Source: an uncultured Methanosarcinales archaeon
Lineage (GTDB): Archaea; Nanobdellota; Nanobdellia; Woesearchaeales; GW2011-AR9
Direction: 5' to 3'
NCBI GenBank assembly: GCA_964639875.1
Contig: CAZXEM010000001.1
Coordinates: 1 to 60,593 of the forward strand
Length of the DNA: 60,593 nt
Below the pieces are notes generated by a model. It saw only the letters and a list, made by a program, of their open reading frames with translations. It did no database searches and was not told the origin of the DNA. The stretch's first letter is position 1. The number at the start of each line of letters is the position of its first letter. A program made the position numbers and the translations under genes. Below are positions 32,836 to 42,432 of the stretch, piece by piece.

Positions 32836-33438
32836 TTAAATAATTTTGTTAAGAAGTTCATTCAAAACTACAGGTAATTCTTTAATTCCATCTTCACCAC
32901 TAAAATGGCCTTTTTTATTCTCAATAATAATTTTTGCATTTAACTTTCCTTTAAAGATTTCTGCATCACTTTCCGGGACAAAAAGATCATCATTAGAAAA
33001 AATGGTTACAAAATTATCAGAATGTAATTTTATTTTCTCCCAGTTAAGAGGAGTTTTTAACCAAGGTTGAGCTATTTCTTCTGCACTTTCTTCTTCAATT
33101 GCTACAGGTAACAAATTAACCCAACCAGCAACAAAAATTATTTTACCAACTTTAATTTCTGGGTTTAAAGTTTCTAAATATCTTAAAATAGTCTGACAAC
33201 CGATAGAATGGCCAACAAAGAAAGTATTTTCATCTGCTTGACCAACTTGTTCAGAAAGGTTATTTACCCAAGAATTTATTTCTGGTTCCTCACTATTAGG
33301 CATTTCTGGAACAAAAACTTCAAAATTGTTCTTTTCCAATTCTTCTTTTAACCAAGGAAACCACCCTTCTTCAGGATAACCACCCCAGCCATGGATAATA
33401 AAAACTCTTTTCATAAAAGTATGAAAACCTAAATCCAT
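32836..33438 (-). CDS. Alpha/beta serine hydrolase (YdeN/RBBP9-like)
   Basis: IIHGWGG oxyanion region, nucleophile elbow GHSIG, about 190 aa. The true start may be MKRVFIIHGW. Confidence 0.6.
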   Translation of the reverse strand: MDLGFHTFMKRVFIIHGWGGYPEEGWFPWLKEELEKNNFEVFVPEMPNSEEPEINSWVNNLSEQVGQADENTFFVGHSIGCQTILRYLETLNPEIKVGKIIFVAGWVNLLPVAIEEESAEEIAQPWLKTPLNWEKIKLHSDNFVTIFSNDDLFVPESDAEIFKGKLNAKIIIENKKGHFSGEDGIKELPVVLNELLNKII

Positions 33439-33529
33439 TTATTAAATTTTCTCTATTAATATTAGCTTAACTAATAAAAAGATATATAAACAAAAACTAC
33501 TTACTTAACAAAAAAGAGGTGATTAAATC

Positions 33530-34414
33530 ATGGTTTTAGAACATATATTTCCTGAAGATTGGTTAGAAAAAAAAGGTAGATACGCTTTCTTTCTAGGTGT
33601 ACTTTATTCAATGATAGGAATACTTATTGCGTCCGTACTTTTTCCGGGCGATCCAGCACTGGTAGCAGTAGCGTTTACTTCACTTTTACTCTTACCTGAA
33701 TTATACAAAATATTTTCCATAGAAGAAAGACAAGAAAGTATGGAAAAGAAAGTCAGTTTTAGAAATTTATGGCGAGATGATATTGGAGTAATAAAAATTT
33801 ATATTTTTTTATTTATAGGTATCTTGTTAGTTTATTCCGTGGGAACAATGTTATTACCACAAATGCAGGCTAATACTTTGTTCAGAGAACAGTTAGAAAT
33901 TAGGTTAGGGCAAGGTTTTGCTGGTCAAGCGGTTGCAGGTGGAGCATTTTCTGCAGACCTGTTCTTAGATTTGTTAAGTAACAATTTTTTAGTAATGCTG
34001 GCTTGTTTTATTATGGCTCTCCTGACTGGTGATGGAGCAATATTTTTGATAACTTGGAACGCCTCGGTCTGGGGAACAATATTTGGATTAACTGCTAAAG
34101 GCGCTGCCCAATTCTCTGGTCAGAATCCGTTCTACTTGTTCGCATTAATAATGTTAATCGTTTTCCCACACATGATGATTGAAGCGATATGTTATTTCCT
34201 CGCCGCCATATCGGGATCGGTGATATCCAAGGATGTGATTTTGGAAAAATTTGCCTCGGAACGGTTTTTTGAAGTGTTTTATTTCAATTTGTACCTGCTC
34301 TTTTTTGCGATAGTATTCCTTCTTTTAGGAGCTCTGGTAGAAACGTTCGTCCTAGAAAACGTCGGGATGTATCAGGAAATAATTAGAATGAGCATGATGG
34401 GACTAGGGATTTAA
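33530..34414 (+). CDS. SpoIIM-like (DUF95) integral membrane protein
   Basis: LLSNNFLVMLACFIMALLTGDGAIFLITWNASVWG pattern with multiple TM segments. GAGGTGAT SD. Confidence 0.5.
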   Translation: MVLEHIFPEDWLEKKGRYAFFLGVLYSMIGILIASVLFPGDPALVAVAFTSLLLLPELYKIFSIEERQESMEKKVSFRNLWRDDIGVIKIYIFLFIGILLVYSVGTMLLPQMQANTLFREQLEIRLGQGFAGQAVAGGAFSADLFLDLLSNNFLVMLACFIMALLTGDGAIFLITWNASVWGTIFGLTAKGAAQFSGQNPFYLFALIMLIVFPHMMIEAICYFLAAISGSVISKDVILEKFASERFFEVFYFNLYLLFFAIVFLLLGALVETFVLENVGMYQEIIRMSMMGLGI

Positions 34415-34485
34415 GTTTTAATTTAATTTTTTTCTTTTTATTTTTCTTCTAATTTACTACTAAACAATAGAAACGCGGGGAAAAT

Positions 34486-34493
34486 TTTATAAA
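34486..34493 (+). promoter_or_regulatory. TATA box (leaderless geometry)
   Basis: TTTATAAA centred about 27 nt upstream of ATG 34517. Confidence 0.45.
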
Positions 34494-34516
34494 CCACTAA
34501 TTATCTAACCAATGAT

Positions 34517-35182
34517 ATGGAAATTGGAGATTATTTTAAAGAGAACAAAATTGTACCTAAAGGTCTTTATGATATTACTCTTGAGTACATCCAAATAAAT
34601 AAAATTTCAGATGATGACCTTTATTATAATGAATATTACCAAACTAATTTGGACGAATTCTTTGAGTGTATAAACTTTTATCCTAACAGAAGATTATTTG
34701 AAGTAATATCTTCGGCAGTAAAAGATTTTCAAGATTTATTTGAACCTTGTTGTCAATCTGGAATTTTTGGATCTTATATTGCTAAAAATCATCCTGGCAC
34801 TTACAAAGGAATTGACATTAACCAATTAGCAATAAAAAAAGCAAAACAAAGAGCAAAAGATAACAATTTGAATGAAAGTATATTTCAACAGGAAAATGTT
34901 TTTCAGTATGGAAATATACATGAAGCAATTATTGGTAGACATGTCATAAATAAAAAAAGAACTTCTATAAATGATGAAATGCTTGAAAAAATTTGTAACA
35001 TCAGTAAAAATATTATTTTAGTACAAACAATTTACGGTAACAGTTCTTCTAAAACAGTATTAGAAAGTTATCAACAAGCGTTCAACCAGCATAACTTTTC
35101 TTTTGAACTATTAAACCAACCTTTAAAAATCCCTGAAACCGATTCATCTTCTTTTGTCCTTAAAGCAACTCAAAGATTATAA
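34517..35182 (+). CDS. Class I SAM-dependent methyltransferase
   Basis: Motif I-like LFEPCCQSGIFGSY followed by YKGIDIN (acidic loop). No DNA-MTase (D/N)PPY motif was seen. Confidence 0.55.
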   Translation: MEIGDYFKENKIVPKGLYDITLEYIQINKISDDDLYYNEYYQTNLDEFFECINFYPNRRLFEVISSAVKDFQDLFEPCCQSGIFGSYIAKNHPGTYKGIDINQLAIKKAKQRAKDNNLNESIFQQENVFQYGNIHEAIIGRHVINKKRTSINDEMLEKICNISKNIILVQTIYGNSSSKTVLESYQQAFNQHNFSFELLNQPLKIPETDSSSFVLKATQRL

Positions 35183-35183
35183 T

Positions 35184-36002
35184 TTAATTATTGTGCGGTT
35201 TACAATGATCGTAATAATCACATTTACCAGTTGACCATTTACATAACGGAGTAATAGTTCTCTGATAATCTTCAATCTGTTCAGTACTAGAAGTATGAGC
35301 ATGAATAGCATTAATTTCTCGTATCGCTAACTCAATCATTGCTGGTTCAACGTTAATATATTTTGACTTATGTCGTAAGAAGAAAATCCCTACTTTATGA
35401 GGTAAAACTCCTCTCTTTTCTTGGTATAGCAACGAATAGATTGCTAACTGTAACCTAATAGCATCTTTCATATCAAACCGAGAATTAGTTTTATAATCAA
35501 GAATATGAATTTCATCACCACAATGGTGAATAGCGTCAATAAAACCTCGCACTGAATATTTTTCAGAAGCGTATTTCTGTTCTCTGATAGGAGTCAGTTT
35601 CATGAACGCTTCAGGGATAGAAATGTTTTCCTTTTCAATCAAAGATTTAATATCTTTTAAGAAATGGTTACACCAATTCATGACCATTAACATTGTTTCT
35701 TCAAAATAAAATTTAAGTTTATCTTGGCTAAGACCAAGCCCGTCAAGTTTAGGTTGGTACTTATTCCATTGGAACAGTAAAAGTTTCTGGACAACTTTTT
35801 TGTATTCAATTTCATAATTTTCTAAATTGAACTTGCTTACATCAACGTCATAAAAATGTTCTAATGTAGAATGAGCAATATTTCCTCTAACTTGATGAAT
35901 GTTAGGAACAGAAGGTAATTTTTCGATATAACTGTAATAATATTTACGTTTACACTGTTTAAATGTGTTGATTGATGATGGTGATTCAACTCTTTTAGCC
36001 AA
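35184..36002 (-). CDS. PD-(D/E)XK nuclease, Cas4/RecB-like with four-Cys cluster
   Basis: N-terminal Cys (FKQCKRKYYYSY), core GFIDAI...IHILDYKT, QLAIY, and C-terminal CKWSTGKCDYYDHC. Apparent TTG start. Confidence 0.65.
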   Translation of the reverse strand: MAKRVESPSSINTFKQCKRKYYYSYIEKLPSVPNIHQVRGNIAHSTLEHFYDVDVSKFNLENYEIEYKKVVQKLLLFQWNKYQPKLDGLGLSQDKLKFYFEETMLMVMNWCNHFLKDIKSLIEKENISIPEAFMKLTPIREQKYASEKYSVRGFIDAIHHCGDEIHILDYKTNSRFDMKDAIRLQLAIYSLLYQEKRGVLPHKVGIFFLRHKSKYINVEPAMIELAIREINAIHAHTSSTEQIEDYQRTITPLCKWSTGKCDYYDHCKPHNN

Positions 36003-36210
36003 TAATCTTTACAAAAATTATCATTCAAAGACTGTGGGATGCGCTTCGCTTACCCACAAAGTCAAGTAGAAATGATGACCTTTCCCTCCTTTTATTTTCA
36101 TAATAATTTTAGGAACTACCTTATTTATAAGTGTTTCCCGCACCTGTCCAGTGGGTAGTGGCTTTATAGATAAATCATAGATAAAATTAATTTAAGATGA
36201 CAAATAAGAA

Positions 36211-36675
36211 TTATTCTTTTTGAGGTGCTTCTTTAACTTCTTCTTTCTTCTCCTCTTTCACAGGAGTTGCTTCTTCTTTAACTTCAACTTTAGGCACTTC
36301 TTTAATTTCTTCTTTTACTACTGGTTTCTCTTCAGCTTTTACTTCTTCCTTCTTTGGTTCAGCAACTTTCTTAACTTCCTTCTTAGAAACTTTTCTATTA
36401 CCAAACAGTTCAGCTTTAACTACACCTTTATCGTCTTTAGTTACGGTAACTTTAACATGATGAGGAGGGTTCTTAATTCCATGATTCCAAACATATTCGT
36501 TAACTTCTTTACCAATCTTAACTTCTTCAGATTTCATATGTTTAACCAAGAATTGCCTTAAAGCGGTAACTGCTTTCTTAGACTTTTTCCAACGAGGAAC
36601 TTTCATGTACTCCTTTCTAAGCGGAACAATGTATGTTCGTTCAAGAACTTTAGCTGCTTCTTTCTTTGCGACCAT
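36211..36675 (-). CDS. rpl31e: 50S ribosomal protein L31e with K/E-rich C-terminal extension
   Basis: RTYIVPLRKEYMKVPRWKKSKKAVTALRQFLVKHM...VNEYVWNHGIKNPPHHVKV, then a tail of about 60 aa (KKEEVKAEEKPVVKEEIKE...). Confidence 0.85.
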   Translation of the reverse strand: MVAKKEAAKVLERTYIVPLRKEYMKVPRWKKSKKAVTALRQFLVKHMKSEEVKIGKEVNEYVWNHGIKNPPHHVKVTVTKDDKGVVKAELFGNRKVSKKEVKKVAEPKKEEVKAEEKPVVKEEIKEVPKVEVKEEATPVKEEKKEEVKEAPQKE

Positions 36676-36677
36676 TT

Positions 36678-36851
36678 TTATGCTTTGGTATTACCTCTTC
36701 GCCAAGATCTCTTAACTTCGGTATGTCTAGAAGGATGAACCTTTCTACCTTTACCATAAATTTTAAAAACTGTCCAAAAAGGTGCCCATTTAGTCTTTTT
36801 AGATAACTTGATTAAACGTTTCTTTCTGGAAGGATGTTTATTTCGTGCCAT
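36678..36851 (-). CDS. rpl39e: 50S ribosomal protein L39e
   Basis: MARNKHPSRKKRLIKLSKKTKWAPFWTVFK...RSWRRGNTKA. Start set at ATG 36851, because the track extension would overlap S19e. Confidence 0.85.
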   Translation of the reverse strand: MARNKHPSRKKRLIKLSKKTKWAPFWTVFKIYGKGRKVHPSRHTEVKRSWRRGNTKA

Positions 36852-36855
36852 TTTC

Positions 36856-37329
36856 TTATTCCTTAGATTCTTTATATGATTTTTTAGCAATTTGTACTGC
36901 TATTTTGTCTAAGAAAGAAATACCTTGAGGGGTTAAAATTCGCCCTTTATGTACACCTTTCTCAGTTTGTTTAATTAATCCTGATTTTTCAAGCTGTTGT
37001 AAGATTTTTCTAATGATTGATCCTGAAGCTTTGTAAACATGTTCAGGCTTATGACCACGGTTTTTTTTACCGCCAAATTTTGTTCTTAACTTTTGTGTTC
37101 CAACCGGACCAAGTCGAGCAATACTTCTTAATATTGCTGCTGAACGATAATACCACCATTCATCATTATCAGGTAACCTTTGTTTATGGTGACCAGTCTT
37201 TACAAACTTGCTCCATTCAGTAGGTTCTACCAACTTTTGCTTTTTTAAGCCTTCAGCTGCCTGATTTACCAATTCGTTTGGTTCCACTGCTAAGATATGA
37301 GTCATGTTTCTTCTAATTAAGTGGGGCAT
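36856..37329 (-). CDS. rps19e: 30S ribosomal protein S19e
   Basis: EWSKFVKTGHHKQRLPDNDEWWYYRSAAILRSIARLGPVGTQKLRTKFGG. Confidence 0.9.
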   Translation of the reverse strand: MPHLIRRNMTHILAVEPNELVNQAAEGLKKQKLVEPTEWSKFVKTGHHKQRLPDNDEWWYYRSAAILRSIARLGPVGTQKLRTKFGGKKNRGHKPEHVYKASGSIIRKILQQLEKSGLIKQTEKGVHKGRILTPQGISFLDKIAVQIAKKSYKESKE

Positions 37330-37410
37330 TTATAAAGTTTTCTAGTGAATTAAAGCTATTTTAGTGATAATAAAATAAATTTAAATAGGTTAAGCAATTC
37401 CTTACTGATA

Positions 37411-38460
37411 ATGAAAAAAAAGATCCCTCTTAAAACAACCAGAATTAAGGTAAAAAACCTTACTGTACATCAAAAAACAGCCAAATCCTGGAAGAAATCC
37501 ACTCAAAAATTTCCTGAAATTAGTAATATTGTCAAACTTTTCAAGGCCCATAATAATTTAAAAATATTAATTGATAAAAAAGATCCAACTTTTCTTAAAG
37601 GACAGTTGTTTAAAGGTAAAGTTCAAGGGGCAAGAATCAATATTCTTCCAGACGGAACTAAGATTGATAAAGCCTATTCTTTATTTGCCAAACATTTGAC
37701 GGTCCATGATCAAAGTTCTGCTGAACATTGGGACGTTTTGTTTCAAAATCCGGGTGGAACTTGGTCTTATTGTTATTCGTTAAAGAAAAAAGCAAAAAAT
37801 ACTATTGCAAAATACAAAAAGGTTCATCAATTTGATAAAATTTATCTGAACTTAATGAAAAACGTTTCTGCAGCATTAAAAAATAAAAACGATAATCTAG
37901 TTTTACCAATGTACACGTTATTAAGAACAAGAATGAGAATTGGTAACGAGATTTATTACAAGTTACATAATCATAAAGGGTTAACAACATTAAAGAAAAA
38001 AAACATTAAAATTAAAGGTAAAGAGATTGAATTCAAATTTGTGGGTAAAGATGGCGTCCCGCAAGATATTAAAAAGAAATTCCCTGAATTGTATCTTAAA
38101 CGTCTAAAAAAACATTTATCCACATTAAAAACAGACGATTTTGTTTTTGTTTCCAATACTGGTAAACCATTACCCGAGAAAGATTTCAAACTAGCTTTCA
38201 AAAAATATTGTGGGAAAGAATTTTATCCACACATAGTAAGATCACATTATGCAACAAGTAAAGTTAAAAAATTCATCCAAGGAAAAAATAGACTTGACAA
38301 AAAAGAAGTTAATGCATTATATTTAGAAATTGCTGGTTCTCTTGGTCATAAAAAATTCTCAAAAAAAGAACATCTTTGGAAAGAAAATTTTAGTGTTACT
38401 ATTGGACACTATATCGAACCAAAATTAGTTGAGAGAGTTAAAATCTTAGTTAACAAATAA
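37411..38460 (+). CDS. DNA topoisomerase IB (bacterial/poxvirus-like type)
   Basis: RMRIGNEIYYKLHNHKGLTTLKKKNI, EFKFVGKDGVPQD, HIVRSHYAT, and C-terminal LGHKK...TIGHYIEP (candidate catalytic Tyr) match the TopIB motif order as I remember it. Confidence 0.6.
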   Translation: MKKKIPLKTTRIKVKNLTVHQKTAKSWKKSTQKFPEISNIVKLFKAHNNLKILIDKKDPTFLKGQLFKGKVQGARINILPDGTKIDKAYSLFAKHLTVHDQSSAEHWDVLFQNPGGTWSYCYSLKKKAKNTIAKYKKVHQFDKIYLNLMKNVSAALKNKNDNLVLPMYTLLRTRMRIGNEIYYKLHNHKGLTTLKKKNIKIKGKEIEFKFVGKDGVPQDIKKKFPELYLKRLKKHLSTLKTDDFVFVSNTGKPLPEKDFKLAFKKYCGKEFYPHIVRSHYATSKVKKFIQGKNRLDKKEVNALYLEIAGSLGHKKFSKKEHLWKENFSVTIGHYIEPKLVERVKILVNK

Positions 38461-38495
38461 ATACATTTAAAAACCTCATTGATAACATTTTAACT

Positions 38496-38966
38496 ATGAA
38501 ATATAAACCTAAAGAATGGTTAACGTTTTGGTTATTCTCATTTTCATTTTTGATAACAGTAGGGATAACATTTTTAGACCATTTTTATTTAAAGATATCA
38601 TCATTTAATTATGAAATTATTTTTGGATTCTTTTTTGTTGGAGGAATTCTTTTAAGACTTCTTTGTCGAATTTGGTTAAGAAGATTTTTCAGTATCAATA
38701 TTATAATCAGAAAAGACCACGAAATTGTTAAAAAAGGGTTATACAAATATGTCCGACACCCAATGTATACTTCAATACTTCTGATATTCATTGGATTTGC
38801 AGGAGTATTATCTTCAATTTTAGGAATAATTTCAACATTTGTTTTAATTCTTCCAACAATACTAATTAGAATTCATCGTGAAGAATATTATTTGAAAAAG
38901 AAAACACAAGAACGTTATGAGGATTATATGAAACATACTAAAAAATTGATCCCATTTATTTACTGA
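38496..38966 (+). CDS. Isoprenylcysteine carboxyl / phospholipid methyltransferase family membrane protein
   Basis: VKKGLYKYVRHPMYTSILLIFIGFAG signature with four TM segments. Confidence 0.7.
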   Translation: MKYKPKEWLTFWLFSFSFLITVGITFLDHFYLKISSFNYEIIFGFFFVGGILLRLLCRIWLRRFFSINIIIRKDHEIVKKGLYKYVRHPMYTSILLIFIGFAGVLSSILGIISTFVLILPTILIRIHREEYYLKKKTQERYEDYMKHTKKLIPFIY

Positions 38967-38977
38967 CTCTAGATAAT

Positions 38978-39418
38978 TCATTTAAAAGTTTCTAAAAACT
39001 TTTTTATTAATGGAGAAAAATCTTTATGCATCCGATATAAAGGTTCTTGAGCAACTTCTTCTAAAGATTCTTTTCCATAAACAATACTAATATCATCATC
39101 CCATTCAGTATCTGAAGTTAAATAAATATTACCTTCTGTTGAAACTTTATGTTCTTCAAGTTCTTGACGAGAAGTGTGCCAAACACGATAAACAGGGTCA
39201 TTCAAACCAGTTAAATTAATTTCATAAATACTAATTTGATCACCAATCCTTTCTCCACATTCTTCATACTGTACATGAACTTCATTTTCTGGTTGTGTAT
39301 AAAGAAAAACAAATTCATCAAAATCAGTGTTCTGAAAAAGAAGTACAGGTTCTCCTGCAGGAATTTTATTCAATTCTTCTTCAAGACAATTAATTTCAGG
39401 ACAATATCCACTAGGCAT
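38978..39418 (-). CDS. Acidic hypothetical protein
   Basis: Intact 146-aa ORF with no recognisable motifs. Confidence 0.45.
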   Translation of the reverse strand: MPSGYCPEINCLEEELNKIPAGEPVLLFQNTDFDEFVFLYTQPENEVHVQYEECGERIGDQISIYEINLTGLNDPVYRVWHTSRQELEEHKVSTEGNIYLTSDTEWDDDISIVYGKESLEEVAQEPLYRMHKDFSPLIKKFLETFK

Positions 39419-39496
39419 TTTTATTCCTCCCTATTACCAATAATATATAAAAACAAAAAGAACATATAAAGATTTGCATTGTATACAAGCATGAAA

Positions 39497-40954
39497 TCAG
39501 ACAACTTCACCAACTAGACTTCTCAACATATGGCCAACAATCTTAACTTTAATTTTCTTGCCAAGAGGAATCCGACCTTTAACACCAACGATTAATGGAT
39601 ACGTTCCATATTGCCGACAGAAAGTAGTTTTTCCATCATATATTTCTGTATAAACATCACTAAGAATAGTACCAACAGGAACAACTCGTTTCAACATTGG
39701 CAAATCAATCTTTTGTCTAATTTCGTTCCGCCATTTCCAATAATATTTCTTATTTTTCCGCCAATACTTGTTACCAGCTTCTTGTTCTAAGTAAGTTCCC
39801 GGCATGACCACAACTTGCCGTAAATTAATCCTCCTCAAAAGCAATTCAGAATCTAAAATATTCTGTAAAGCTTCAATATTCTTCTGATGGGTTAATTTAT
39901 TCTCGCCAATTAAACCAAAAATTAAATTTAACCCGGGAAGAAATTTCGGCATTCCATTCTTTCCTCTTTCCGCCCCATACTTGTTAATAATTTCAATCGC
40001 TTTCATTGCAACGGTTGGAGAAGTGTTCATTCTGTTTGCTTTTACAACATCTGGATCAAATGATTCAATTCCAAACGCAGCAATGTTTCCCGAGGTACAA
40101 TATTTAACAATGGCTTTTGTTATCTCTTCACCATCTTCAGAAATAACAGAGTTAGGATTAACGTTATCAAGATGTAAAACTTCAATCTTCGGACATTTCT
40201 TGTTAATTTGTTTTAATAACTCAATCGGTTGATCAATAGCATAAAAGTCTGCTTGTTTACCAATCCGAAAATGTCTTGCACCAGCTTTATAGTAAGCAAC
40301 AACTTCTTCAAGAACATCTTCCATCTTCCGATTACAGAACTTATTCTTAATCCCTTCAGTACAAAAACTACACTTGCCAAACTTACAACCACGACTAGTT
40401 TCAATTTCAATCACTCGCTTATCAGGAATTTGTTTTAAGATTCCCGCACTACCGGTAGATATATTGTTTAATTCTTCAAACGAGAAAGGATAATCTTTAA
40501 CTTCATTAAAAACAGAAAGATCTTCTTTTTCAAAGAATTTACCGCCTTCTAATTGTGTTCCGAAAATTGCTGGCCCAGTAAGTATTTTCTGACAACCAAT
40601 TCCATTTAACATAGGAATAACTTCTTTCAAAGTTCCAGGAACAGCAGATAAATATTTCCCAGGAACATGGACACCAAGAACCACAACAAGTAAATCTGTT
40701 TCTGGTAAAACATCTTTAGCTTTATTTTTAGTCAAGTTGTGAACAAAAATGTTAGTCTTCTGATGTGATTGAGTTTCTTTCTTAATTCCTTTCAACTGTT
40801 TCCATAAACGTAAATCATCTATAGTAAGATAAGTTACTTTATCTTCCTCAGTAATAAATTTTCCAAATAAATATCTAGGATATGTTCCCAAATATGGGGG
40901 AACACCTAACCCTGAAGCTTCATCGGTATAACAGTCAAGGATTGTAATGTTCAT
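39497..40954 (-). CDS. Radical SAM protein with C-terminal TRAM-like beta domain
   Basis: Cluster motif SRGCKFGKCSFCTEG (Cx4Cx2C) and C-terminal KIKVKIVGHMLRSLVGEVV. Start moved to ATG 40954 (MNITILDCY). Confidence 0.75.
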   Translation of the reverse strand: MNITILDCYTDEASGLGVPPYLGTYPRYLFGKFITEEDKVTYLTIDDLRLWKQLKGIKKETQSHQKTNIFVHNLTKNKAKDVLPETDLLVVVLGVHVPGKYLSAVPGTLKEVIPMLNGIGCQKILTGPAIFGTQLEGGKFFEKEDLSVFNEVKDYPFSFEELNNISTGSAGILKQIPDKRVIEIETSRGCKFGKCSFCTEGIKNKFCNRKMEDVLEEVVAYYKAGARHFRIGKQADFYAIDQPIELLKQINKKCPKIEVLHLDNVNPNSVISEDGEEITKAIVKYCTSGNIAAFGIESFDPDVVKANRMNTSPTVAMKAIEIINKYGAERGKNGMPKFLPGLNLIFGLIGENKLTHQKNIEALQNILDSELLLRRINLRQVVVMPGTYLEQEAGNKYWRKNKKYYWKWRNEIRQKIDLPMLKRVVPVGTILSDVYTEIYDGKTTFCRQYGTYPLIVGVKGRIPLGKKIKVKIVGHMLRSLVGEVV

Positions 40955-41147
40955 ATTAAGATTAATTACTTCATTTTTTATAAATATAGTGTTATAAAAT
41001 ATAGTTAACACATTAAATATTCGTACATTTTATTGCGTTAAATATATATGAAGGCACTAAATATTTTTATTAATAATGCCTTCAGTATATAATTCCCATA
41101 ACAACAATCCTTTTTAATGAGTTCTTTTCTTCAATAATTGAAAAAAG

Positions 41148-41723
41148 ATGGTGTATAAAATAGGATTAACTTCTACTCACGGAACTGGGAAAACCTCATT
41201 AAGATTTGATGTCGCTGGCGCTTTATCAAAAAGAGGAATCAAAACAATTGATGTTAGAGAAGTCGCCACATTAGCAACACATTTAGGAATTCCAATTAAT
41301 CAGGAGACAACTTTAGAAGCACAAGCGTGGATCTTACATAAACAATGTAGTTTAGAACTAAAAGGAACAATTGACAAATATCAAGCAATTGTTTCAGACA
41401 GAACAGTTTTTGATAACTATATCTATTTAGCTAATGCTTGCGGAGAAAATCCTCATTATTTGAATTTGGCATTGAACCATGCAAAACAACATCCGTATTC
41501 AAAAATTTATTTATTACCCATAGTTGGAGAACTGGAAGAGAATGGAACAAGAGATGCTGAAGATAAACAATTTCAAATAACAATCAACGATAAATTAGAA
41601 ACATTTCTAGGGGAACATAATATTGAACATATTAAACTTCCAATACCTAAACCTTATGATAAAGATAGAGAGGAATGGTTAAAATTAATTGTTTATGAAA
41701 CACTTAAAGATTTAAAAAGATAA
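41148..41723 (+). CDS. P-loop NTPase, NadR/AAA_28-like (nucleoside kinase-like)
   Basis: Walker A GLTSTHGTGKTSL. Size and layout resemble NadR-type ribosylnicotinamide kinase-like ATPases. Confidence 0.5.
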   Translation: MVYKIGLTSTHGTGKTSLRFDVAGALSKRGIKTIDVREVATLATHLGIPINQETTLEAQAWILHKQCSLELKGTIDKYQAIVSDRTVFDNYIYLANACGENPHYLNLALNHAKQHPYSKIYLLPIVGELEENGTRDAEDKQFQITINDKLETFLGEHNIEHIKLPIPKPYDKDREEWLKLIVYETLKDLKR

Positions 41724-41724
41724 A

Positions 41725-42432
41725 ATGGCTAAACATGTAATCTTAATTGAAGGCAATATTTGTGCTGGAAAAACTGAGTTTGTGAAATATTTAAAGAACC
41801 ATAAAGAACAATTCAACCCATTTCTAGAAAATGGAGAACATGTTACAACTCTCTCTGAATTTATTGATTCAATTGGTTTAGAATTATTTTACCAGGACCC
41901 TAAAAAATATAGTGGGATTTTTGAAAATAGTTGTCGAATGGGAAGACTTAACCGACATTTGAAAGCTAAAGAAGGTTCTGGAATTTATATATTTGATAGA
42001 GGTATGATTGGGGGAGCAGAAACATTTTCTAAGAACTCTTTTTTAGAAGGATACTTATCCCATGACGAGTATGAAAAATATCAAAAAGATATTAAAAGAG
42101 GATTAGATCAGCTTGATCGAACTCAACAACACAAGTGGTTAGAGCAATTAATTGTTTATTTAAGAATTGATGATGAAGATGTTTTAGTAGCAAGACAAAA
42201 ACAAAGAGCAACAGCTAATGAAACTATTGATGTTGACTATTTAATAAAAATTAACAGAATGTATGAATCTTTCTTTGAAAACATTGAATCTGTTTATGCA
42301 AAATATGCAGTAAACGCACCAAAAGTAATTACTGTTGACGCTACAAGAGATTTTAACGAAGATAAAAATTATCATCAAAGAATATTAGAAAGTATTGTTA
42401 AAGAACTAGGAGAAATGAAAAATGGAAATTAA
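41725..42432 (+). CDS. Deoxynucleoside kinase family protein
   Basis: P-loop IEGNICAGKTEF, FDRGMIGG (ERS-like motif), LID-like ARQKQRATANE. Confidence 0.65.
   Translation: MAKHVILIEGNICAGKTEFVKYLKNHKEQFNPFLENGEHVTTLSEFIDSIGLELFYQDPKKYSGIFENSCRMGRLNRHLKAKEGSGIYIFDRGMIGGAETFSKNSFLEGYLSHDEYEKYQKDIKRGLDQLDRTQQHKWLEQLIVYLRIDDEDVLVARQKQRATANETIDVDYLIKINRMYESFFENIESVYAKYAVNAPKVITVDATRDFNEDKNYHQRILESIVKELGEMKNGN

Noticed and set aside
36220-36561. Phe-rich plus-strand ORFs opposite K/E-rich ribosomal tails (also 58048-58233, 50608-50856, 57960-58166, 52357-52551)
   Set aside because: AAG/GAA-rich coding tails read as TTC/CTT on the other strand or in other frames. All are nested in confidently identified ribosomal protein genes.
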